In this document: in pieces, positions 47,586 to 58,322 of the stretch | How positions within the stretch are numbered: position 1 is the stretch's first letter | Layout of the letters: the number at the start of each line of letters is the position of its first letter | Assembly (NCBI GenBank): GCA_026936335.1 | Contig: JAPMXV010000034.1 | Span: 310,001-374,000 of the forward strand | Direction of reading: 5' to 3' | From: Mantamonas sphyraenae STR306 | Taxonomy: Eukaryota > Protista > CRuMs | DNA length: 64,000 bases | The notes under the pieces: generated by a model | Databases searched by the model: none | Seen by the model: the letters and a program-made list of their open reading frames with translations, nothing else | What the model was told of the DNA's origin: nothing | Position numbers and translations under genes: made by a program

Positions 47586-49319
47586 TCATTCCGACGATGG
47601 CCCCTCGCCAGCTGGAGGGAAGGGCGCCACGTAGTCCAGATCGTCCTGGGTGAAACGCTCGGGATATTTGTCCTTGTTGTGCTGGATGACGTACTCGGCA
47701 CACATGGCCAGATGCGTGCTGTGCGGCTGGTTACCGGCATACTTCATCTCATCCAACACGGCACGGAAGTTGCCGTCGTTCATGAAATTCTGCGTCACGG
47801 CAGAGGTGTGCTCCAGGTTGAGCACGGCGTGCCACCAACCGCCAGGCACAAAGATCACGTCACCTGTCTTTTGCAGACACTCCAGCGGTTTCTTGTCTGC
47901 CGACAGATGCGGCAGAGTGTGTGCGACCCATTCGCGGATGGTGCCCGAATCATCCGTCGACTCGTACCGATGGTTCTTGCCCTCGCGGTACATTCCTGGC
48001 GGCACGTACGTCGTAGGAGGATACAGTTCCCAGCGCTTCACACCGTCCGACAGCGCGTTCCATGCGCTCGTGTTGAATGGATCCAGATGCCACTGCGACC
48101 CGGATCCGGCCGGCGCCACGATCCACCACCGGTAGTCCGGTTTGATGTTTCGCGAGATGGAGTGCAGGAAGTTGTCCTCCTCCGGAAAATACTTGGGCTG
48201 CTTGTACTCCTTGATCCAGGTTGGGTAAATGTCGAAAAAGTCGTTCATGAAAATCATGACCGGATCATAGTCGTTCGTGCTCTCCGCGTACTTGAGCACA
48301 AGGGTGTCAGTGGTGGAAACCACGGCAATGGTACGTCATCCTGCATGCCTTGACCCCTTGACCCCTTGACCCCCCAAAACACTCCATTCGCACCCTGCAC
48401 TCACCTTGATAAACTTCTTCATCTTCACCATGCGGTCCTTGCCCAAGCGCACCTTGAGGTTGCGTCGCTTCTTCTTCATGTGCGCAAACTTCCACTTCTT
48501 CAACGCCAGCCAGTCCTCCATCTCTCCCTCGATGACCACAGGCGTGCCTGTGCGTCACACGTCGTCGTTCCCATCCCGTGTCAGTGCACTTGCGAGTCTT
48601 TGCCTTCTAGGTGCCGCTCCACGCTGCCGGAATCGAGAGGGTGCACGAAAGAAAGCCTCTCCTTCACCTGTGTTTTGCCCGCTCCCTCCTCATGCTCCCC
48701 ACAGCTTACCTGTCATGATGTACTTCTGCTTAAACTCATCGTAGCTGATCTCGCTTGCCTTGACGCGGTCGATGTCGCAGTGGTCAATCCACAAGTCCTT
48801 CAAGTCGGGCACCTGGAGCGGCTCCTTCAAGTCAGCCTGGCGCACACGCTGCATCTCGCTGGCGTTCAGCTTGCGCAGCTTCAGCGCGTCACGTGCTGTC
48901 CAATAGTGAAACGGTGCCACGCTGACATCTGTCTGCCTCTCCTGTGGCGTCGACGAGGCGTCCAGCGGCTGTTCCTCAGCCACATTGGCCGCGTTTCCTG
49001 CTGCTGCCGTTGCTCCACTGCTGCTGCTGCTGCTGCTGCCGCTTCCACCCGCTGCAGTCGTTGATGCGGCTTGGCCTTTGCTGCTGCTCCCGCTCTTCAC
49101 CTTTTTGGCGGACTGCTTGCGCTCAAGCGGCACCTCCCGGTACATCGGCTGCGTGTCGTCGTCGCTGTCCACAGGTGGTGTCTTGATGGCAAATGCCGGC
49201 GGGGCGTCCATGTTTAGATTGTTGACAGAGGGACGGAAACCCAGGTCTGGGCGAGCTCCCATGACCACGCAAACGAGCATGGCCGCCACGAGAGAAAGTG
49301 CTCGAAGGTTCAGCGTCAT
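47586..49319 (-). CDS. JMJD6-like JmjC oxygenase with an N-terminal signal peptide; two introns (~48549-48709, ~48291-48405)
   Basis: LSLVAAMLVCVVMGA; TPVVIEG..DWLALKKW, MKMKKFIK|YAEST..DPVMIF, PKYFPE.DNF, PDYRWWIVAPAGSGSQWHLDP..TSAWNAL..GVKRW, FVPGGWWHAVLNL..AVTQNF. Confidence 0.88.
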
Positions 49320-49438
49320 GACGGGGGGGTTGGGGTGTTTGTGTGCCTCGTGTGGCGCATGAGATCCATTTCATTACGTACAGTTGCAATGCATGGTCTG
49401 CACAAAGTGCATCCAATCCCTCCCATGGGTGCTCAACC

Positions 49439-51285
49439 TCAACCTCGCTGTAGCTTGCGGTCGACCACCTCCGCCAGCACCCGGCTCAGCTCAAAGTGCA
49501 GTTGCTGTGTACGGTACAGCGAGTCCTCTTGGTGTTCCAGAGTCCGTAGATACATCATGGTCCAACCCAGATCGCAGCTGAGATGCCGTGTGGGCACCAC
49601 GTCCTCGTGATTCAGCGTGCCCACCATGGTCTGGATCACCGCTTGTAAACTGGTGTTTGGGAATCGTCGCTGCGTCTCCATCAGCTTCTGCTTCTCCAAA
49701 TTCTGTTGCTTCAGGATAAACTTTTTCTTGCGGGCAACCTCGGCTTCGCGGAAGGCCCTCTGCTGCTCCTTGTCCTCGTTGGTCGCCTCCTCCAGGTTTT
49801 GGATGATCACACCGATGAACAGATTGGTAAAGATAAAGTGGCCGATGAAAATAAACACAATAGTCATGTAGCGACTGGTCACGTCCACTTTGTCCAGCTC
49901 TGTCTGGATTTCTACCCAGCCGTCTACCGTCACCAGGATGAATAGCGAGAACATTGCACGACCCAGCGTGCCCCAGTTTTCCTGGTCGCCGGTTTCGTCA
50001 AAGCCATACAAGTAGTAGGCCACCACTGCAAACACGTACATGATGAGGATGAGCAGGATCACAAGGTTGACCACAGCCCGAAGCGTCTTGAGCAGCGCAT
50101 TGACCACCACCTGCAACGGACGGATAAATGACACCGAACGCAACGCTCTCAGTGCCCTCAGAGCACGAAACACTCGCAGGAACGTCAGATCGGCCGTTGT
50201 GCCCGAGTTGCTCACGCCCAATTGGACCTGCGTACGGTCGCCCAGGCGGCGGCAGAGTGCGACGGCAGGAGTGTTAGCGTGACGTGTCATGGGCATTCCT
50301 TCTGTGCTGTGGGAAACACAACTCCAGCTGGGTCACGTACATAGGACATAGCGAGGATAGCCACGTCAAACTGGTTGTAGCTCGACGACCAGTACCCACG
50401 CGGCTCCGCGTAGAGCTTGAGCACAAACTCGGCTGTGTAAATGACCAGAAACACCAAATCCATGGCCTGGAACACCGCAGAATAGTTGCGCGCAATGCTG
50501 CGGTCCGTTTCCAGAGCGATGGAGATGGCGTTCACAAAGATGGTAAACATAATGAACGCGTTGAAAGCGTACCACTGTAAGTTGGGCGTGCAGAGAGCCA
50601 CCATGCATCGTAAAGAGATGGTGGCCGTGTGTGGTCACGTGTGTCAATTGTCGTGCGCTCCTTCTGCGGTCCGAGGGTGTCTTTGAACGCACGGACCGTT
50701 TCCTCGACCGCGCAGCCGCGCACACCGAGGCGCTCAACGCCACCATGAACGGGTAGGAGGGCATGGAACACATGCTGCGTGAAGGTTCCTTACCTTTGTG
50801 ATCTTGTCCACAAACTCGTGGATCTTCCAGTCCGGTCTGCGCTTGTCCTCGTGGTGAAGCCGATGCGCCGAGTCGGAGCGCATCGCTGCCAGCAGCTCCT
50901 CCACCTGCCGCGCCTTGTGGTCGTATTCTGTCTGTGCTCCGGCAAGTTGCGGCGTGTGTTTTGGATTGCGGTGATGGTGATGGTGATGGTGATGGTGGTG
51001 ATGGTGATGGTGGTGCTTGTGCTTCTTTCGCCGCTTTTCCTTCTGCGGGTTGTAGTATAGCGTGCTGGGTGCATCCCACTTGACCCATCCGCTGGTGCTG
51101 TGGTGCCCGTCGTGTCGGTGTGACAACATGCCGCTCAGCGAGCGCACACTCATGTTGCGACTCAGCGAGCGACTCGCTTGGGACTCGGGTCGCGAGTCCA
51201 TCCCAGTGCTGCTGTCCGTCGCTTCCCCCTCAGACAGAAGCGACGACAACGACGAGTCGCTGCTCTCACTGTCTGTTCGACTCAT
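49439..51285 (-). CDS. CATSPER3: CatSper alpha subunit, CATSPER3-like (6TM voltage-sensor Ca2+ channel); introns ~50575-50793 and ~50228-50340
   Basis: S4 LRVFRALRALRALRSV; pore LVTVDGWVE; S6 FIFTNLFIGVII. The tail ILKQQ..LMETQ..TLNHED..YLRTLEHQEDSLYRTQQLHFELSRVL parallels CATSPER3 (ILQRQ..TLSHTD..YFSTLDYQD..LQELYYEIVHVL). Confidence 0.88.
50971..51015 (-). repeat. (CAY)15 poly-His tract in the channel N-terminus
   Basis: The gtgatg/gtg repeat on the + strand translates to 15 consecutive His on the - strand. Confidence 0.92.
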
Positions 51286-51345
51286 GGCAACTGGCCTCCT
51301 TTTTTTCTGTTGGCGCAGGCAGGGCCACACTCCCTTTCTTCCGAC

Positions 51346-52817
51346 ATGCGCCTTGCTTTTTTGCTGCTGACGACAGTGTCGGTGATTCTGCTGCTTTCCG
51401 CTGCTCATGGCCAGGACCTTGAGCCTGAGATGTTTCCGGAAGCCAAGGAAGAAGCTGCGCAAGCGGCCGTGTTGCCCCCGTGAGTTCTCCTTTCTCCACG
51501 GCTTGCATGTGCTTGGATGAGTCCATGTGCACCTGCGCACATTCCCCCCGTGGAATTGCTTGCACGTTGTCGGCATGCTTGCGCTGGCCGCACGTACAGG
51601 AGCGAGGGTTTTGTTCGGTGGCACACAGAAGTTGCGAGAAAGAAGGCGCACGACGCCAAACGCTCACTCACCCACATGCCGCGTACACAGCAACCGGGAA
51701 TTCATGAAGGACATTGACCGCGTGCACAACATTTCGTACACAGATTTTGTGTTGAACTACATGGTGCCTCGCAAGCCGGTGGTGCTGCAGGGCCTCATGA
51801 AAGGCTGGCCAGCGCTGGAACAATGGACGCCCGAGTACTTTGCCAAACGCTGGCCGCGTACCAAGTGCGACGCACAGATTGGCAACCGTGTGACACGCAC
51901 ACAGATGAGCATTTCGCGCTTTGTGTCATACATGCGCAAGAACGAGGACAAGGTGCCCATGTATTGCGAGTGGGACACGGCGCAGCTCAGCGACGAGGAT
52001 GTCAGCGACTTGATGCGCATGGTGGAGATTCCCGACATGTTTGCGAACGACTGGTTCGTCGGCTGCACTGCGCAGTACACACGCATGCCCAACACCAAGA
52101 TCACGCCCCGTGCACTCTACTTTGGAGGAAAGAACAGCGGGATTGTGAACCACCAGGACAACCTCAACACCTGGGTGTTTTCCTACCAGATTGCAGGACG
52201 CAAGCGCTGGAAGCTGTACAGTGCCGCCAACCACCCTTTTGTGTACGACGGCGCCGTCGACATGTTCCGCACCCCGGATGACCACCCGGACTTTCCCCTG
52301 CTCAAGTATGCCCGTGGCTACGACTTTACCACCACCGCAGGCGACATCCTGTTCTGGCCCGTAGGCGAGTACCACACCACCCTGGTCGAGGAGAACAGCA
52401 TCGGGTTTTCTGGTAGGTGCTGGACTGGTGGCGACGAAGGGAAGAGTGCGACGACACACCACGCATCCGCCCCTTGCACATCGTCCCTTCCCGTCGTCAC
52501 TGTTTATTTTCTCATGTGTCCACACCTTCACCTTGTCGCCGCCCCTTGCTCAAGCTGCGTGCAAGTGGCCGCTAACACACACACGCACACATCCACACAC
52601 AGAAAACCTTGTCAACTACTTCAACTACAACGAGTTTATCCACTCTTTCCACAGGATGTGCGAAGAATCGCCCAATATTCAACAGTGCCAGTATGTGGAA
52701 AAGTGCCAGCCGTTCTGGAACCGTCTGTTCGGCAAGGGCCCGCGCATGACCCCGTGTGCTCGCCGCAGCAAGCACCACTATTGCCGCACCCTCAGGGGCT
52801 TTGACAAACCCAACTAA
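51346..52817 (+). CDS. Second signal-peptide JmjC oxygenase; introns ~51480-51599 and ~52413-52602; likely frameshift near 51680
   Basis: MRLAFLLLTTVSVILLLSAAHG signal; PRKPVVLQGLMKGWPALEQWTPEYF, LYFGGKNSGIVNHQD, GRKRWKLY, GDILFWPVGEYH, |ENLVN; Cys-rich tail. Confidence 0.82.
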
Positions 52818-52940
52818 GGAGGAGACGTGGGAGAAATGAACAGACAAACGAGAGTGTTGCTGGATGCCAGCCAAAGGTCTGCTGTCATTGCGCTGCCCGG
52901 GCTCGTCCAGCCCATCCAACCCCTTCCCCCATCGTTGACG

Positions 52941-54499
52941 ATGGACATCGATGTGCCAGAGCTATCCACACGTGACATACGTACTATGCGACGGCTCCAG
53001 GTGCAGCATGAGGCAGCCGAGGCGGCTCAGGCCGCAGAGGAGCTACAGCGGCAGGAAGAGGTTGTGCAGCGCACACGTGAACTGCAGAAGGACCGTGCAA
53101 CTGCACGATCCAAGGGTCGCCGTGGACCGACATTGATCGAGCTGGAGCAAGTAAGCGTGATTGCAGACACGGCCGACCAGGCCAAGGGGCCTCGGGTGTC
53201 AGAACAGGACAAAAAGGCTCTGGAGAGGCAGCTCGCTAGCGAGGGAATCAGCCTGACCCGAGCCCAGAAGCGAGCCCTGTTTAACGAACAATCGTCTCAG
53301 GTGCACAAGGACTCGTTGATGTACTTTAACATCGAGGCGGAACAGCAGTGGCAGGTCCACAAGCACAAGCGCAGAAAGTACTCACGCGGTGCAGACGACG
53401 TACGCAGGACGTCCACCTCCTCCTCATCCTCGTCATCATCGTCGTCGACGACATCGTCTTCTTCGTCGTCCTCGTCGGGCTCGGCCTCTTCGTCGACGTC
53501 GTCGCCTCGCAAGGGCAGGCGACGCAATCGCGCTGTGTTGCAAGCGACGCCGACCGCCGTCCTGCTGCACATGCTGCCGGGCATGTGTCGACGAATTGTC
53601 CGTAGGATAGAAGAGCGCACGGGGCGCGTGCTGATGGACACGTGGCCCGTTCAGACCATGCTGATCGACTGTGCGTTGGACCTGAAGCGCTTTGACGGAC
53701 AAACTGTGGAAGGTAGGGTGCCCTGGGCGAGTGTGGGGTGCTGGGGTCACACAATGCGCGCTGACACACACACAACACATCCACGAAACACACACGCGGC
53801 ACAGAGAACGAAGCCAACATCGAAGAGTGGGTGATGAAGGAGATTTTGTCGTTGAGCGAAAAGGAGCTGAACAGGCTGGGCACCATCGACCGCAGCACGC
53901 GTGTAGACGACGTCGTACAGCGCTACGACACGCTGTTGGCCTCGAGCGAATGGTGTCGCAAACGTAGCTGGCGTGTGGATGGTGAATCTCGCTTCCGCTG
54001 GACCATGAAGCACGCGCTGCGCTTTGTTGAGGCGTTTGAGCGGTATGGCGACGGACCCACGTGCAACCGCAAGATTGCCGCCCATGTGGGCGACAATGCA
54101 CACCCCAACCATGTGGCCTACTTCAAGGAGAATTACAAGCGCCAACGGTACCGCAAGGGCGTGGCGGCGCAGGCCTTGGAGAAGCACCAGCTGCGCGTGT
54201 TGCAGGATGCCCTGATTGCTCAGGCACACAAGGTCTTTATGCAGGAGGATGAAACGTCGCAAGACAGCAGCGCAAGCTCCAGCAGCAGCCACAACGACAG
54301 CGAGGGGCTTCAGAACAACATTGGCAACGATGGCAGCGGTGGGCCGGCCAAACTCAGCGAGCCCCCGCTCGATGACGCGGATCTCGAGTATGTCATCCAG
54401 CGGACCAACAGCACAAAGCGCATCGACCGCAGCAAACCCTACACCATCCAGGTGGCCACTGGTACCACGCCTGCCACCACGAGCAACAGCGAAGAGTGA
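52941..54499 (+). CDS. Putative Myb/SANT-domain nuclear protein; intron ~53713-53803; start may instead be 52836
   Basis: RFRWTMKHALRFVEAFERYGDGPTCNRKIAAHVG..NHVAYFKENY resembles a divergent SHAQKY/GARP-type Myb repeat; basic NLS-like runs. Confidence 0.6.
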
Positions 54500-54502
54500 A
54501 AA

Positions 54503-55885
54503 TCAAAGTTTCAATCCCGAAACTTGCTCATCCCAATCACGCTTTCCACCATCCTCCATCTCGTCGTCGTCGTCGTCGTCGCCCCCGTCGCGACTCTTGC
54601 GCTTGTGCACCCTGTGGTCACCCATGAGCTCGGCCTCCTCGTCGTCGTGCTCCAGGTTGTCCATCTTGACGTCGCCCGCCGCGTCGTCTCGATCGCGGTC
54701 GCCCGTGATCATGTACACTCCCAGGAAGGTGACGATGCAGCCTGCAATGAAGCCGACAATGCGGGAAAACTCGATGCCGGCAAACTCTTTGTAGAGGACG
54801 GCGGCGCCGACGATGCACATCAGGGTAAAGGTCACGTAGTACACAGGCACGACCTCGGTGGCTCCAAAGTTCTCCATGGCCTTGTTGAGGTAGCGGATCT
54901 GCAGGACGCCCGAGCAGGCGCCGACGATGATGAGGATCCAGGCCAGGGGCGAGTTGAAGTTGTTCTGGCCGGCAAACAAGAGGCGCAGAAAGTTGGACAC
55001 GGCCTTGACACACAGGACCGTGATGGCACCCAGCAATGAGCAAATCATGATGTACACCAGGACATACTGCTTGCCAAACTGCGGCGAGTAGTAGATAAGA
55101 ATGCCCACGGCAACGATGAGGAGGATCATAAAGACAATGAAGAGGGGCGAGCTCAGGTCGGCCACCAGCTGCTTGACAGACACTCCATCGGCATCCTGTG
55201 CAAAAAGTGTGCAGAGTCAGCAAACAAGAGTCAAGCGAGTGGTTAGAGCAGGGTACGGGTGGCGTAAAAGTGGCGGTGGGCCTGCCAAAACGCCCGGGCT
55301 GGAGAGAGGGTCGCGGCGGCAAGAGAGTGAACGTACGCTTGGCGCAAAGATGACCAGGACGACGCCGCCCACGGTGGTAAAGACGGCGCCGACCTTGTCA
55401 CGGCGTCGCATGGTTTCGCCCAGGAAGGACGAGGCCAGGATGGCGTTGAAGATGATGGTGACAGCGCCCATGGGACTGACAAGCGAGGCCGGAGCAAAGC
55501 CGTACGCGCTGAAGTTGCCCAGCTCGCCGAGTGCCATGGTGGCCATGCCCAGCCTAGCACGCAACCAGATGGTACAGAGGCCAAACGACAGGTGTGTCAG
55601 CGAGATACAAGCCCAATAGATGTGCAGGATGGTGGCAGATGGGCGTGCACGTGCGTGCCCAAGGCATGAGACGCGTGCAAAAAGGTGGGGAAAAGGGGAG
55701 GGGACGTACCACCAAACGGGCATCCGCGTGTAGTCGATGGACGGCATGGGCGAACTCTGGTTGATATTGTGCGCATGCTTGGTGATGGTGAGGGAGAGGC
55801 TGATGAGCGCGTTGCCCACCAGCGCCAGGATGATGCCTGTCGTGTTTGAGCCGGCATCGTGAGGCGGAGCTGCTGCGGCTGACAT
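54503..55885 (-). CDS. NIPA-family Mg2+ transporter (NIPAL2/3-like); two introns
   Basis: GIILALVGNALISLSLTITK, LGELGNFSAYGFAPASLVSPMGA, YIMICSLLGAITVLCVKAV, QIRYLNKAM..FGATEVVPVYYVTFT. Confidence 0.93.
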
Positions 55886-55959
55886 CGTCGTTGTGGATTT
55901 CGCTGCCTTGACCAGCGACCAACACACCGCGCACCCATTGTGTGTGTGTGGTTCATTCC

Positions 55960-57399
55960 TCACAGTAGCACGCACGCCCACCCGTCGTCCTGCTCCTGCT
56001 CTTGTTCCTGTGCCGCGTCGTCGACCGCCACCGCCACCGCCTGCGGTGTGGACGCGTGAGGCTCCTTCACAGGCTCAAAGAAGTAACCGGTGAGTTGGAG
56101 GAGATTGGTGCCGCCCTTGGGGTGTTCTGGAGACACGTAAACGGCTCGGCATGGCACATAGGCGAGTGCACTTGCCATTTCTCCTGCATACCGATGATCC
56201 TCGGGGGCCGTGTCGACCCAGTACGTGCTCAACACATCATAGTACGCCTCTCCGAACACGGTGCCCTTCATCGTGTCCTTTCCAGAGTACACGGTGCAGC
56301 ACGAACTCCACAGAAACACAGGCGCATCCCACGGCGCGTCTTCGTTGGGAAGGGGCAGCCCCAGAGTCGAAGCGATGTTGTTCACCAGACTCATGTGCCT
56401 GCTGGTAGCCCCACCAAAGTTGTCAGCATGATCGAAGCTCCCTTCAAGGAAGGTAAGTGAGTCCCACATGATCTCCGGTTCACCGTCCTCTCGCAGAAGA
56501 ACCATGGACTCTTGCGGCTCATCCATCTCGGTGCTTGTGGAAATGGATATCAGACGCTCGCTGGCAACGTCTGTGGCGACAGCGATGGTGTGAAGCTGCA
56601 CAGTGGCGCCAAAGGGAAGCTGGTCGACGAGAACGCCAGTGATCTGCCCCGCGACGGGCGAGACCTGCGTGTCCTGGCTCTGCCACAAGCTTAGGGCTTC
56701 TTGAAGGGTGGCGAAATGGCTCAAATCCTTGACGAGAACTGTGTACTTGACACAACGGCCAGGCGCGGAGCCGACAGCCGCGAGTCGTTCACGCAGCTGG
56801 TCAATGAGATCCGCACATGCGTCATCCAACTGCTTTCGGGTGCTGTGGAGCGCCTCCACAGTGACCACGTCACCCACACGAGCCGCTGCTGCGCTACTGC
56901 CGTTCTCTGTGCCGTTGGTGCACAGGTAGGCGTCGAGTTCCACTCGCGCGTTCTCCTCCACCGGTGCCACGACACACGCGGCCACGACCACCTGCTGGCC
57001 AAAATGGACGCGCACAGCCTCCATGGCCTCCAAAACGTCGCTTTCCACGCCCACGCGCACATTGACGCTCACCACATGGTCAGGCCACTGCACGGAACTG
57101 TCGAGCGACTCTGCTGCGGCGCGCACCAGTTCTGCCACGCGCTGCACCTGCTCCTTCACCCCCAGGTCCCGGATGGAGCTCGGATCCATGGATGCCCCTT
57201 CCACATATTCGTTTGCATTCTCTGCGTTGGCCAGCACGCCACCCACGTGGATGTGCGGCCCTGCTCGCGATGCACCCAACGGCGTATTCCACAGACACCA
57301 CTCGTCCTCCCCGTCCTCCTCAATGCGACTGTCCGTTTCAACCTCCACCTCCTTTGTTGTCTGCACGTCATCCAGATTTTCCGCATCGAGCGTGGACAT
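55960..57399 (-). CDS. Tandem RidA/YjgF/UK114-like repeat protein with a C-terminal CAAX box (CVLL)
   Basis: Repeat 1: RAGPHIHVGG..EQVQRV..HVVSVNV..ARVELDAY. Repeat 2: LAAVGS..CVKYTVLVKDLSHFATL..VDQLPFGATVQL. Repeat 3: YW..PCRAVYV..HPKG..LLQL. The protein ends ACVLL*. Confidence 0.65.
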   Translation of the reverse strand: MSTLDAENLDDVQTTKEVEVETDSRIEEDGEDEWCLWNTPLGASRAGPHIHVGGVLANAENANEYVEGASMDPSSIRDLGVKEQVQRVAELVRAAAESLDSSVQWPDHVVSVNVRVGVESDVLEAMEAVRVHFGQQVVVAACVVAPVEENARVELDAYLCTNGTENGSSAAAARVGDVVTVEALHSTRKQLDDACADLIDQLRERLAAVGSAPGRCVKYTVLVKDLSHFATLQEALSLWQSQDTQVSPVAGQITGVLVDQLPFGATVQLHTIAVATDVASERLISISTSTEMDEPQESMVLLREDGEPEIMWDSLTFLEGSFDHADNFGGATSRHMSLVNNIASTLGLPLPNEDAPWDAPVFLWSSCCTVYSGKDTMKGTVFGEAYYDVLSTYWVDTAPEDHRYAGEMASALAYVPCRAVYVSPEHPKGGTNLLQLTGYFFEPVKEPHASTPQAVAVAVDDAAQEQEQEQDDGWACVLL

Positions 57400-57470
57400 G
57401 GTGGAAGACACGAAGGAACGTTTGTTTGCTTTGCAACTCCCGTCGCAGCGCAGCCCAGGAGCTTCAATCG

Positions 57471-58322
57471 TCACCCACTCGCTTCCTGCTCCTTGACCAC
57501 TTCTGGGTCAACAAGCAGGTCCCACACGTACGGGTTTTCGTAGAGGTCGTAGGCTGCGTTCTCAAACATGGTGTCGTCCTTGATCTTGACGCCCGGCTCG
57601 TCGTGCACATGCCCAAACAGGTGCACCCGGGGCTTGACTCGCTTGAGGACATGCTCACGCAGGTACGGACAGCCCCAGTGACGGTAGCCCGGATGGACGC
57701 TGCCACAGACCTCGCACTCGTTTTTGTCGACGTTCTTGGAGTACGCCAGGTCCAGCATGTTGAAAGGAGGCATGTGTGTGATCAACACATCCGTGTCTTC
57801 CGGAATCTGCTTCCACTTGGCATTGATGTCTCCGTGGCTGGCCGAGAAGCCCATGTTCCGCGACGTCGTCCAGGGGCTGCCCCAAAACTTGACACCATAC
57901 AGCGTCACCCCCGAGTCCTGCAGGTACGTTGCGTTGCTCAGCGCCTCTTGGATCTCCTCTGCGTCGTGTCCGTTGAAGCCGATCTCGTGGTTGCCCGCCA
58001 CAAACAGCTTGTGCTTGTGTGGCAACGTGCCCAGCCACTCGTTGAATTCGGCCAACGAGTCGGCAAACTCGTTCTCCCGCATGCGCTTGCTGTAGTCGCC
58101 GCTATGGATCAGAATATCGCCTTCGGGCACCAGCATGAAGCCGTGCTTCATGTGCGTGTCCGAGATGTGCACCACACGCACCGCTTCCGCGTTTTCCCTG
58201 TCCGACGCAAACACAACCGACGGCGCGTACACCTTGGCAGACGCCTGCTCCTCGTTCTTCTTCAAGGGCGAAAGGTCAAACAGGTCCGTGTTGATGGATG
58301 AGTGTCCGCTGCTGCTGCTCAT
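57471..58322 (-). CDS. Metallophosphoesterase, MPPED1/2 (239FB)-like
   Basis: HISDTH, GDILIHSGD, FNEWLGTLPHKHKLFVAGNHE, DVLITHMPP, GCPYL, HLFGHVH. Confidence 0.92.
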   Translation of the reverse strand: MSSSSGHSSINTDLFDLSPLKKNEEQASAKVYAPSVVFASDRENAEAVRVVHISDTHMKHGFMLVPEGDILIHSGDYSKRMRENEFADSLAEFNEWLGTLPHKHKLFVAGNHEIGFNGHDAEEIQEALSNATYLQDSGVTLYGVKFWGSPWTTSRNMGFSASHGDINAKWKQIPEDTDVLITHMPPFNMLDLAYSKNVDKNECEVCGSVHPGYRHWGCPYLREHVLKRVKPRVHLFGHVHDEPGVKIKDDTMFENAAYDLYENPYVWDLLVDPEVVKEQEASG

